64,000 bases of DNA, taken from contig NC_087437.1 in NCBI RefSeq assembly GCF_036321535.1, forward strand, positions 121,832,001 through 121,896,000, given 5' to 3'. Each line of letters starts with the position of its first letter. The first letter of the stretch is position 1. Below the pieces are notes generated by a model, which was not told where the DNA came from, ran no database searches, and was given only the letters and a program-made list of their open reading frames with translations. The stretch is from Camelus dromedarius (Eukaryota). Of the stretch, positions 9,780 through 21,690 are shown piece by piece. Both the position numbers and the translations under genes were made by a program.

Positions 9780-12700
9780 GACAACTTCCAGTTCTGGCTC
9801 CAATGGACCAACAGAGCCTAGATTTACTCTCCCACGGGAAACAACGAAAGAAACAGACAGACCTAGGAAGCAGCAGTTTTCAGACACCGGAAAACAGGAG
9901 GCATACGAAGTGTTCCCCGAGACGAGAGACAAACGAGCTGAGACCCAGAAGGGCCGGAGAGACCCCGCTGCGGCACAGGGTAGGGGGTCCAGGGAGAGCG
10001 CCTGGTTGCCCAGTCGAGGAAACAGCTGGGAGTCCAGGAAGCAGAGGTGGCTGGGAATCACAGGACAGACCCCCACACTGACGAGAGCCGCCCAGAGGGA
10101 GTTCCAGAAACCTGCAGGGGACCCCACCCAGAACGCAGGTGAGTGTGGATCAGTGCTTGTGGGCCAGGAAAGCACCCAAGGCCAGGCAGCTAGCCCGCGA
10201 AGGAGAAGAGGAGCAGTCCTCCGGGCGCGCAGGGCCAGGAGTGGCACCGCTCCCTCCAGCCAGAGTGGAGATCCTCGTAATTCGTGGGGCACTGAGTGGA
10301 GTATCCGGAGGGCTTTGCTCAGTAGGAGGAAAACAGCCCCTAGGCCAAGGCTGCCCTGGTCTTGCCGTGAAAGCTGGAAGGGAGCCTTGACGGAAGTAGG
10401 TTTTTCTGTATCACTTAATTGCATTCCAGAACAAAGCTCAAGAGTGTTTATGGGAATACAAAATGTGTCCAACCTGCAGAAACTACAATGTCTGGCATCT
10501 AGTAGAAAATCACTGGACGTGCAAAGAGGCCGGAGAGCAGCCCTGAAAATCAGGGTGGAAGCCACTCAGCGCACACAGGCCCGGAAGCGGCAGAAGGCAG
10601 GGCTGGCAGACGAGGACGGGCAGCAGGTGTCACAGCCGCGCGTTCACATTCAAGCAGGCGGGAAAAGAGCGCGCGTGTGGAGAGAGACCAGGAAGACCCA
10701 AAGGGACCCAGATCAGATCTCTAGAGACGAAAACTGCTGTGTCTGAGGTGAGAAGCACACTGGTGAGAGGGGCTTCACAGCAGATCAGACCTTTCAGAGG
10801 AGGAGATAGTGAGCCTGAAGACACAGCACTAGAAACTGCATAAAATACAACAGAGAATACACCAAACAGTGAACTAACCAGAGATGGACACACTGTAAAT
10901 GACAGGACTTCAATAAAAGTGAACAGAGAACAGTGACTTATGTGACGAGCCGCACTTCTGTAATGTATGTGCCACCGAGACTCCCAGCGACAGGGGGGAC
11001 AAATACTCGAGCAACATAAGCCCACTGGCCGAGTCTCCATAAACCCCAAGCACAAGAAATGCCAAGAAAACAACACCGACACGTCATGATCAAACTGCTC
11101 AAAACTGAAAAAGGGACAAAGGGACAAAGAGAAAAATCATAAAACCAGCGAGAAGCAGGAAAAACAGTTCACACACAGAGGAACAAGGACCAGAACGACA
11201 GCCGCGTTCCCGCCGGAGACAGGGCAAGGGGAACGCGGAGGAGCAGTGTCCGCACTGAGACGGGAGGACCTGACCCAGAGTCTACACCCAGCGGGAGTGC
11301 CCTTCAAGGCGGAGGCGCAAAGACAGTTTCAGACACGAAAGACAGAGCCTTTGCAGCAGGAGGCACACGTCATAAGACGTATTAAGGGAAGTCCTGCATC
11401 AGTACAAAGGAATGAAAAGCACCAGAAATGGAAAATTTATGGATAAATAGAGAAGATGTATTTTAAAGATCTTTTAAAAATATAACTGACTTCCTAGGGA
11501 ACGTTTAGTGTGTTGGGAGGCTCATCACAAAGCTGGAAGTAGAGTGCGTAACAACAGTCGCGTGAAGGCTGGGGTGGGGCACACTCTTGTAACGCGGAAG
11601 GAAGGGCGTGTGCCACGAGCCCTGGGCCACACATGAAAGAAAGAAACAAGAACTATGGCTCCTAAGCCATCACAGAAGACATACAGAATTAAAGACTCCA
11701 TTCGCCCAAGTGTAGGCAAAAAAGGGAAAACAGCAGATGAGACAAATTTAAGATACACAGTAAGAGGATAGGGCTAAACTTAACCACATCGGGGGCGGGT
11801 GTAGATCCAGCAGGAGAGTGCGTGCTGAGCGCTGGGTGCGACCCCCTTACCTGCCCTAAAAATAAGGAAACCTAATTACCTCCCTTCAAAACTAAATCAG
11901 TAAATCACCCTTTAGGAACATGTTTTAATTATTAAAAAATTAAAAAAAAAATAAACGTAGCCGTAACAGTAGTCACACCGCTGTTCTAATGGCCCAAACA
12001 TGCCAGTGGAAGCAGCAGCGGTAAGACTGGATGGAAAAGCAGGCCCGAACAGCACGCCGCCGACAGGAGAAGCACTTCAAATGCAAGGACACGAACAGGC
12101 TAAAAGGAAAAGGATGGAAAACGATACACCATTTAAAAGACAGCCGAGTGACTCGGGCAGCAGCTGACAAAGCAGGTATCAGAGCAAGGAGCAGTGTACG
12201 AACCAGAAGGGTGGGTTTTAGTAAGGAAGGGACCGCTTCCTCGGAAGGACTTCACAGCCCTCGGCACTTACGTCCCGAATAACAAACCTCCACGTGAAGC
12301 AAGGCCTGTTAGAGCCAGAAGGAGATGAGGACGGAGGGACAGTCACAGCCGGAGACGCCGGCGTCCGACCTCGGCAGCTGACCGGCCACGCGGGCGGAGA
12401 GCTGAGTAAACGCTCAGAGACGGGAACCACGCTGTCGACCAGGTCGGTGTTCTCCGGCTGTCGCCGGCCCCAGCGCAGCGCGGTCTGCTCGGCGGCACAC
12501 GGTGGACCGGCTCTGCTGCGTGGCGGGGGAGCAGACCCTGCGCCGTGGGGGCCGCCGAGCCATGTGATGACGGCAGACCCAAGGCTGGACGTGCGATGAC
12601 TCCATTTGTATGAAATTCTGGGAAACGCAGATTCACGGGTGGCAACAGGAAGCCGGTCAGCCGCTGCCCGGAGACAGGGGAGGACCAGGGGCAGGAAGCA

Positions 12701-12812
12701 GCTCTGGGGTGGAGGTGTCCATGACCTTGGCGTGAGGGCTGGTCTCACAGGACGGTGCACATCAAATTGTCCACTTAAAAGGTGTGCGGTTTGTTTGTGT
12801 TTCCAATAAAGC
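9780..12812 (+). mobile_element. Old L1 (L1MC/MD-like): 5'UTR, ORF1, ORF2 endonuclease, then a jump to the 3'UTR
   Basis: 5'UTR-like start ttccagttctggctccaatgg; ORF1-like 10740-11400; ORF-track peptides QEKHFKCKDTNRLKGKGWKTIHH (12031) and MKQGLLEPEGDEDGGTVTAGDAG (12294) align to the L1 endonuclease; 3'UTR 12590-12812 with AATAAA at 12805-12810. Confidence 0.85.
11791..11951 (+). mobile_element. Degenerate camelid-type tRNA-derived SINE inserted in the L1
   Basis: GGGGGCGGGTGTAG head, 'aaacctaattacctccc' tail motif also seen in the copy at 38239, A-rich end, degenerate flanking repeat taaacttaacc / taaacgtagcc. Confidence 0.7.
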
Positions 12813-15803
12813 TGCGGAAGAATCACAAGCAATCCCAGAAACGGGAATCACGGCTTTTCGGTGACATCTGTGAATTGGTGTCACAGGCATGGGGACCAGG
12901 GAGCGGAAGCCACAGGCCACAGCACTGCTTCTTGCTTTGACCCCCAACAGTGTGTTAAGTTCTTTCTGGGTTTTAAAATGATAAATGTACCCTGAAAATG
13001 CCCAAGTCTGCAGACACAGATAGTAATTTGAACTGGTGCACACTACGCGGAGCTGTGTCCTTGGGCCTGGTTGTGGTTCCCCCAGCCTCGCTGGACAGCC
13101 AGCAGCTTGGATGGAGGAAGTCGTAATTTTTAAGACAAACATGTCTTTTGAGTTCTGTCTTTGAATGTGTCTCATGTTTAAAAAACAACACTGCTACGCG
13201 CTGGCTTCCGCCTCGCACGCTGAGTGGAAACATGCCCCGCCGAGCATCTTGGCAGCCTGCGTGCCATCCTGGGGGGGGTGGGTGTGACCAGATTCGGTCT
13301 CCAGCACCCGGATGGAAATTTCCAGAGATGTTTTTCCTTCGTCACATCTTTAATTTGTCAAATGGGCCTCTTGCTCTGGTTGCCAGGTTTGTACAGCTGC
13401 CAAGACCAGGGCTGGCCTGCATCCCCAAGGAGGCGTTTCCACCGCCCGGTCCTGGACCAGGACCCGCGGGAGTCTGAGGGCGCGTCGGGCCCACCTTGCT
13501 CCTGTGGAGAAGAACGCGCAGCCTCCCCAGACAGGCGCCCTTGAAGCTCGTGCTGGCTTCCTCGTTTCAGTCTGACAAGAGGGAGGCAGTGCCTCTGACT
13601 CACAACATGGCTGGTGCTCCGAGGTCCCTGTGGATGGATTTGTTCTGGGTGAGAGCCCGTGCTATTCCCGCCACCCTGACCTTGAGAACACAGCGTGTCC
13701 TCGGGCCCCAACCTTCTCCTTCCTGCAGTGAGGGTTCCCTTCTAGTCAAACTTTCCAGAGCTCTTTGGGTCCTGATTTGATGCTTTTTATAAAGTTAGAA
13801 AAAGGAAAGGACTTTTATTTCCTGTAATATGAAAGCAGTGAGTGTCGGTGAGGACACCAGCAGGGTTGAGAGCCTTACGTGAGTCCCTGCAGCTTTGCTT
13901 CAGGGGAGAACAGGTTAAATCTCTGCTAGCGTGGAACGTGCACCCGGGTCAAAAGTCAAAGGCCAGGATGGACACACGCCGGGACGTGGTGGCACCCGGG
14001 GCTGTTTTCAGCAGAGGCAGGAGATTTAACCGGAACTCTGGGGTAACGGGTGCAGTTTGAGGAGGACCCCTGGTCTCCCGGTCCCCACAGATCGGAGCTG
14101 AGGATGCGAAGCTGGAGGAGGCAGGGGCTGCCCCACCTGGCCCTGGATGTCTGGACCTAGCTGGGCTCCCACGGTCTTACCTGGGGAGGGGGCTGCCCAC
14201 GTGGAATCTGGGCTGGCCGGCACAGTCACCTTGCCAAGCTGTCCACATCTTCTCTGGAGAGGGTGGTGCTCTGGTTGTGGGATCAGAATCACCGTCTGCA
14301 CTGGCAGGTTCAGGAGGGGCTTCGTCCTCAATCACAGGGCGGTTTTGTGGTCTTTGTCAGGTGGTCTGGGACAGGAGGGAGCCCCCTCTCGTGGTGCGTG
14401 AGTGTGAAGACCAGAACCCACAGCTACCTTGACATCAGGAGAGAAGCCGCCCCGAGGATGAGACCGGCAGGTGGAGCACTGCGCAAACACGTATTGGCAG
14501 CGGTGGGACTGGACACCTGATCGCTTCCCACCTGGAGCCGCTCTACCTCTGGACTGCCCTGTCACGGGAGTCAGAACTTATTAGCAAGCTCGAGCTGAGG
14601 CCAGTCTGAGTTGAACATTCTCTTTCTTGAAACTGAGAGGGTCGCATCCGCGCCGGTACCAGGAAGTGCGCTTTCTAGAACTAGAGTGCGTCGAACTCTC
14701 AGGCTGTTGAGGCTGATCTTGTGTTGGTTCATCCACACGAAGAAGAATGATGCAATAACACAGCGACTGGCCCCGAAGTGGAGGGTCTGCAGTGGGGGCG
14801 TCCGCAGGGTGACCAGCAGGTGCCAAGTCCCCACAGGCAGGAACTCACTTCATGTTCCAGCAGTGTTACAAGTCGGAACTGTAACCACTTCCATCTTCAG
14901 AGGAGGAGGTGGCCAGGAGAAGCCACCAGGCCGCCTCCTGGGCCCCCGGCGGGGGCGGGGGGGCGACAGCCTGGGGGCCACATCCAGCTTCTCCGCCAAG
15001 CCCCTGCCCGGCACATGCAGGGGGCCACGCGCAGCTCGCTGCGGGGAGGGCGCCAGGTGGACGCCAGCATCGTCAGTGAGCTGCCCGCTTCCCTTCCCCA
15101 GCCTTTTTCTCCTCCACTGGACACTCGCAGGATGTTTCTGGAACTCCCGCCGCCGACGCATTCCCAGCACCTGTCTGTGTTCCTCCGCTTTGATTCTTTA
15201 AAGCAACAGTGTACATTTAAATTGTTTCTGTTTATCCCTCGAAAGTGTCCACAGTCCTCACGCATGTGGGATTGTGTCTCCAATAACGTTCATAGCTTCA
15301 CGTTCCTTTGCATCTGGGCAGCGGGTCATTCTCATGTCTTGCCCGTGGTCCCTTTATGCCTTCACACGTGGACTTTCTGGGGCTCCCACACGCACCCCTG
15401 TTTTATCTCCATCTCCTTGTCTTTCTTCTGAGATGGCCTCCCCCCTCCCGGCCAGGGAGGCCTTCTCTCGTGTTTCCATTTCTGTGGCCGAGCACGTTTG
15501 GGGTGTGGGCGGCTCTGCCTGCCAGGCCGGTGGGGCCTCAGGACGGTTCCACGGAGCTCCCTCCGCCTCTTGTGTTTTCTGGGCTTGCCTGTCCCCTGGA
15601 GTGCAGCAACCTCGACCCTGTTGGGGGCGGGGAGTGTCCTGCTCACGGTGCTCCTCCCGGACGGTGAAGCTAACTGAGCAGGACCCAGGTGCGCCTCCCC
15701 GGATCACCCCTCCTCCCCGTCCGTCCTCTGCCTGCCTCTCATTTGCAGAAGTGCCGTTGCCTCTCAGGCCTCCCTTGAGCCACAAAGCCTGGCTCTTAAC
15801 GAC

Positions 15804-16264
15804 TGAAAGGATGCGAACGTGTAGAAACAAAAATAGCAGCTGGGCCAGGAGCACTGGTGACAATTTAAATAGTAAATCAGCCACGTGGCAGAACCTTTAG
15901 TTCCTCCCTGAAGTGCCCACGTAACAGTGTCTGACGCACGCTCCCAAGCTGTTCTGCAGACGCTAAACCCCACCAGATGGAGGAAGTTAACTGCGTGATG
16001 ACCGTGAGCGCGCAGCCCTGGTCTGGATGGAGCCAGAAGGCTGGCGACTGAGATTCCTGGAACTCCACCACCCAGAGCAAGCTCACACACCCCGCAGCCC
16101 TCAGCCCAAATCTCGCCTTCAAAAGCCCTTCCCTGGAAGCCATCAGGGAGTTGTCCGTTTTCCCTGCTTGGCCCTGCAATAGACCTTTCTCTGCTCCGAA
16201 CTCTGATGTTTCGGTTTGTCTGGCCTTGCCACGCACTGGGCACACAGACTTGGGTTGGACAACA
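15804..16264 (+). mobile_element. Solo ERV1-like LTR (~460 bp)
   Basis: TG...CA termini, decayed polyA signal (caatagacc ~16178) followed by a U5-like GT-rich tract; no PBS after it; target-site duplication not evident. Confidence 0.7.
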
Positions 16265-17125
16265 AAATAAGGGAGTGACCTGCACGCCCCAGGCCACCTG
16301 CCTTGGGCCTGTCATGAGCCACCACCCCTGCCACAAGCCTGCCTCTGTCCTGGGACGACCTCCTGGCCCTAAGCAGCTGGACGCCCAGCCCTTCCGCCCG
16401 CGGCGGGCTCCTTCCCAGCGGAGGCACAGCTCTGGCTGCAGTCGCGAGGGAGAGGCGCCCACGGGCTTTGGGGCAGACGTGAGGGACAGTAGGACGGCAG
16501 CCTGAGTCCAGCTGGTGGTGGCGGCGGTTTCTGCTTCCCCCGGGTCTCGGCGCATCAGTCTTGGGCTCTGTGAGTGTGGCCTGAGTGTTGTCAAGGTGCT
16601 GCAGTTGTCTTGCCCAGAAGGTGCAGAGACCCTGCTGTGACTTTCTGAGGACAACGGTGACATCACAGACTTTAATTTCCATCTTTTTTCTGGGAGAGAG
16701 ACCCCCCCCAGGTGCTTGTTGCCATTCTGGGAACTGGGGCTGGAGAGGGCGTGGCTGGGGGCACGCAGGTGGCCGGGAGTCCCCTAGGTGCATGTGGACT
16801 TGGTGGACGGATGACACAACTGGCCGCAGACTGAGAGGCCAGGACTTTCCCCTGCTTTCCTCCACTCACACGCTGTCTTAGGGAGAACCGTCAGCCAGGT
16901 GACCCCTCTGTCCGGGCGCCTAGGTGCCGCGGGAGCATCGGGCAGACGGGCTGTGCGTGGACAGCTGGGGCAGCGACTTCCGGGGTCATCACCTGGCAGG
17001 GCCCCATTTGCTGCTGGTGAGGCTCCAACATCCCCCGGTGGGAGTCTGTAGGACGCAAAGCTGCCAGAACCTCCTGGTGCTCCGTGGGATTTGGGTGATC
17101 GGGTCTGTCCAGGACTCAACAATCC

Positions 17126-17128
<3 letters not shown>

Positions 17129-17176
<48 letters not shown>
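17129..17176. repeat. (GT)24 microsatellite
   Basis: Perfect GT run read directly. Confidence 0.98.
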
Positions 17177-17177
<1 letters not shown>

Positions 17178-20100
17178 GCAGGAGGGGTGGGATGGGCTGG
17201 GAATCCTCATTGCCCCGGCCTGCCGCTCCTCTGTGACTCACTTCTCATCATTCCACATGGTAACTGGGCCCCAGCCTGGGGAAGCATCGGGGCTTAGGGG
17301 GTGGCAGGGCTGTGCCCTTGTTCAGTTCACAGCCAGGCAGGTGTGGACAGAAACTCGCCTGTGTTCCCAAGCAGGGGTTCAGCCTCTCCAGCCCAACACG
17401 CGCCCCACAGGGCAGTGTGGGCATCTACACTGGCACCTCCAGGGTTCTGGGTCTGCTCCTGCCACGTCTTCCTGAGCACCCTGCCTGGACCCAGAGCCCA
17501 CAGCAGCCTGGCCTGTGACCTCCGTCCTGCTGTTGAAACGCAGCACTTCACAGCTGTGCCTGCCTCCAACGGCCTCTGAGCAGGGTCCCCGAGGATGGTT
17601 TCCCTTTTCTCAACCATCCAGAAAGGACGGGGAGGCCTGGGGAGGTCACGCGTGCCAGGGGTCCTGAGCTGGTGGTCCCTCCGGGGCCAGACCAGTGCTC
17701 GCAGGGGCTCACACCCCCTGGGGCATCCAGGGTGCTGCCCAGGAAGGTGGTGAGAGGCCCTCGTTGGGGCAGGGCTCTGAGGTCAGGGTTGTGCTGGACA
17801 CGGTACCCCCTGCAAGCTCTCCGAGCATTTCATGCTGCAACCCCAGGCACAGACGTCTCAGACCAGGGGCTGCTACTTGGTGCCACAGGCAAAGCCCGGA
17901 CCCGGGAGGGGTGTCCGGGCAGGACCTGCCTGGACAGAGGCCCATGCGGGGCGGAGGGAGTGACTGAGGCTCAGGTGCGCCAGGGGCCTGGACGCTAGGG
18001 AAACCTCCGTCCGGGCCTCCGGACGCGGTGAACAGATTTGGCTGTGACTTCTAACTGCTGTTTCTTTTCTGAATACAGAGAACCAAGAAGGACCCCAGGA
18101 TTCATGCGGGCCCCAAGGCAGGAACCACTCTAGAAGGAGCATCCAAGGTGGACGCCTGCGTTTCCCTGAGTCCTGGCTGGTCACCCTGCAGATGTGCCCA
18201 CCGAAGGCCGGGTCATGCAGAGAAGGGTGGTCACCTTCTGCTGGTTTCCTGGGAACACACGCACTCGCCAGCCTGGGGAGCCTGGTGTCCGTTTTCCAAG
18301 CGACTGCTGGTGGCAAAACCCCGTGGGGGCTAGTGAACAGTGCCGGCTCCTGGTGCCACCGCGGGCCAGGAACCTGCATTTCCAGCCTCTGCAGCCGCAG
18401 GCACCAGGCTCACCAGGGTGATTTCAACAGCCCCACCCCGTGTGGGAAGCGTCAGCGTCTCTCAGACACATGCCAGGAGCCAGACCTCGGTCTTCTCAGT
18501 GTCCTCCCCTGACAGCAGACAGCCCGGCGTCCCCCTGCAGGGCACGATGCCTCGACGGACCCCTGGGCAGACGGACCCTTGTGGAGTCCTGCCCTGGAGA
18601 CATGCTGAAGCTGACTCCTCACCAGGGAGGCCCCATGGGGAACAGGGTTGCTCGGCCCCTCCCCTGACCTTCTTGCTGGCCAAGCAGAAGCCCCAAGCCC
18701 CCGCCCCAGTCTCAAAGACCTCCCACGCCCACTCCAACCCAGGTGCACATCGTGCCCCGCCTCCGGGGGCTGTCAGCTTTGCCGGAGCTTCATCGTGGCC
18801 TTGACCTTTGCCCTGGGTGTGTTTGTGGGGGAGTGAGTCCTTCCCCCACCCTCACTGAGCGTTGAGGGCAGGGAGCCGCCCCCCCTGGGCTGGGCCCCTG
18901 GGTTTGCAGGAAGGCCCTTGACTTCCCTGCTTGTCCCCGGCCCTGGTGCCCCAGGGTGAGTGGTCCCAGGACGGGCCCTCGGGAGGCGGGGACAAGCTCT
19001 GTCCTGCGACTTCCAGGCCCACGCAGGCCACAGGAGCCGGCTCCTCCCTGTGCCCTCCCCCGCGTGAGTCCATCTGTCCAGCTCTGTGAGTGGGGCTTTG
19101 GGGTCATCGCTATTTCGACCGGAGCTTCTCCGAGCTGATTTGCATTCCAGCGTGGAGGCTCCTGGGTGGCGGGACATGGCGCCTGTCCCGTGTTCCATTA
19201 GCTAATTGCGTCTCTGCCCTCCTTCCCTCCTGGGGGAGGCAGCTTGGCTGGACTATCCACCTTCCACAAGAACAACATCTTTCTGCCTTTGTTTTGTCCT
19301 CCTCTTACTGAGACCAGGAAGGGGCCCCCTCTTCCTGGAGACCCCAGCTCGCTCTTCGCCCTCACCCCCTACCCCCAGCTCGCCCTCAGCCACCCACAGT
19401 TTAACTGGAGTCCCTGCAACGAGGTGGGAACTCCTGGTTTTCGTGGGCCATGAACTGCAGACTCGTTTTACTGGAATCAGGGCAGCAGGGCTGATGGGAC
19501 ACTTGGTGGGGACCCAGGCCTTCCCAGGGAGGCGAGATGCCCCTTGTGTCCCCAGAGGTCAGGCCAGGGCCTCACACGAAAGGTGTCACCTCGGGGGTCT
19601 CACCTGGGATGCTTGCCGGGGCCGGGTGTGCGGTGGGAGGGAGCACAGGTGTTGGTCTCTGCCCCCGGCTCCTGACACGGGGCTCCCGAAAGCCTTGCAA
19701 ATTCCCAAGTGACATGAGCACTGGGACTGTCTGGTGTCCTAATGAGGCGACTGTGGGGTTGGGGGGCTCCTGGGTGGGGGCTGGTCTCAGCAGGGGACCC
19801 AGCCAGGACTGGGACCTTGGAGCTTTCAGAACCCACGTGTCCTCCGTGGGCAGGAGCTCGGCGCCCGTCTTACTGATTTCAGTAAAGAGGCCCCTCGAGA
19901 GAGACCAGTGCCCCAGCGCCGTTTTCGAGCTGGAGGACTGTAGCATGATCCAGTGCCACACAGGGGCGGGGCTGCACTCCACAGTCAGATGTGGCCTCCC
20001 GGCCAGAGCGGTACCAAAGCTCAGGGCTCCCAGTGTCCTTCCTCCCCTCACATCTCTCCGCTGGGACGGGGTGAATAAGGGCCCTGTCCTCTGGGGGACA

Positions 20101-21344
20101 GTGCAGCCTCTCGGGTCTGGCAGAGCATCCTTCTAGAATCAGAGACACAGGGCAGGCTGAGTCAGGGGACACCCCAGCCACACGCCCCTCCCCGCAAGAC
20201 CGCAGCTCCTTCCTTCCTGCCCCGGGTTGGTCCATCTCCCCAGATGGCGTGGCTTTGCTCCAGGGGGGCCCCTGGGGGTTCAGGTAGGTGCAGGCACCCC
20301 CTGCCCATTAGCTGTCTCCCAGCCCCCCGAGCACCCCCACCCCCGTGAAGGCTGGGGAGCTGGCACCCTGCCTCCTGGCTCTGGACCCTGCCAGCTGCGC
20401 CCGCCTCTCCTGGGCCCAGGAGTGATTTGCACCTATTTGCAGGGAAGAAGCAGCAGCTGTGGCCTCGTCCCATGGGGATGTCTCAGAATCAAAAAGTTTC
20501 CCTGAACTCGGTTTAACAAGAGTTGGAGAAATTTGCTTCGACATGTGGCTTTTGGCTCCTGCCACATGCTGGGAACCTGGGAGCCGGGGCGAGCATCCCA
20601 CCTGCACATACTCTGCAGCCCACGGGGCTGCGTTGCCGGGACCCCACAGGGCCCGAGGGGCTCCTGGCTTCCTAGGACCCACTCCAGAAAAAATAGTGAG
20701 AGTTCTATGTTACAGCTGTTTGTACAAAGACCAATGTATTTATATTATACAAGAAAACATTTTCTTCAAGCTGAAAATTCTTCACTTTATTTATGATTTT
20801 ACAAGTAATTAAAGCACTGAGTGGGCCCAGGCTGGCGGGAGACACAGAGGGTTCTAAATCCTGGAGGAGCTTGGATACATGGAGCGTGTAGAGGGTGGGG
20901 GTGCCTGTGTGGCGGTGGGAGTGCGGTGGGCCCAGCGGGGCAGTGGGGAGGGCCAGCGGGCCCCACGGCGTAGGCGTGGGCGCACCGGGCGGGGCTCACC
21001 CCCCAGCGTATATACCTTTGAGTGCCTGGAACCAGAGCACAGCCCACCCCCACCACCCGTGCAAAGGTGCCACCTGTGAACGTGTGAACCCCGAAAGCAG
21101 TGAGTTGGCAGGCTGCATGGGGCGCTGGGCGTGCGGCTGGCTTCTGGCCTCCAGGCTTCGGTGCGTCTGGTGAGTCTGTAACAGCCCTGGGGCTGGCGTG
21201 ACTGGTGTGATCTGCGCTCCAGAAGCGTCCAGACTCCCTGTCTGTCTGGAGCAAGGCCAGCGGGCAGCAGGGTGGAGGTGACGTGGTCCCCCCCTGTGGG
21301 ACCCTGGTCCTGCCCTCAGCCTCAGAGGATAGATTTGGGGTCAT

Positions 21345-21690
21345 TGTGCTGAGCTGTGCCCCTTAAGTTCACATGCTGGAGCCCTAACCTTAGCACTTTG
21401 AAATTTGACCGTAATTGGAGATGTGGTCTTTACAGAGGTAATTAAGTTGAAATGAGGTCACTCGGGTGGGTGCTGATCCCACAGGAATGGTGTCCTTAGG
21501 AGAAGAGGTGATCAGGACACAGAGACACAGAGGGGTGACCAGGCGGGGACGTAAGGGAAGACGGCATCTACGTGCCCAGGAGAGGGGCTTTGCCGACACT
21601 GTGGCCTTGGACGTCCAGCCTTCGACTGCAGGGGAGATAGCTGCTGTCATCTGAGCCCCGGTCTGTGGCACTTTGTCACGGGGCCTCCTC
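21345..21690 (+). mobile_element. MaLR solo LTR (MLT1A0/B-like)
   Basis: Typical 'gtctttacagaggtaattaagttgaaatgaggtca...ggtgtcctt...gacacagagacacagaggg...gtggcactttgtcacgg'. Confidence 0.8.

Noticed and set aside
9439..10746. 435-aa ORF (and the 278-aa antisense ORF 9729-10565) as a gene
   Set aside because: Non-ATG start, lies over a GC-drifted L1 5' region, no recognisable domain; stop depletion is explained by composition
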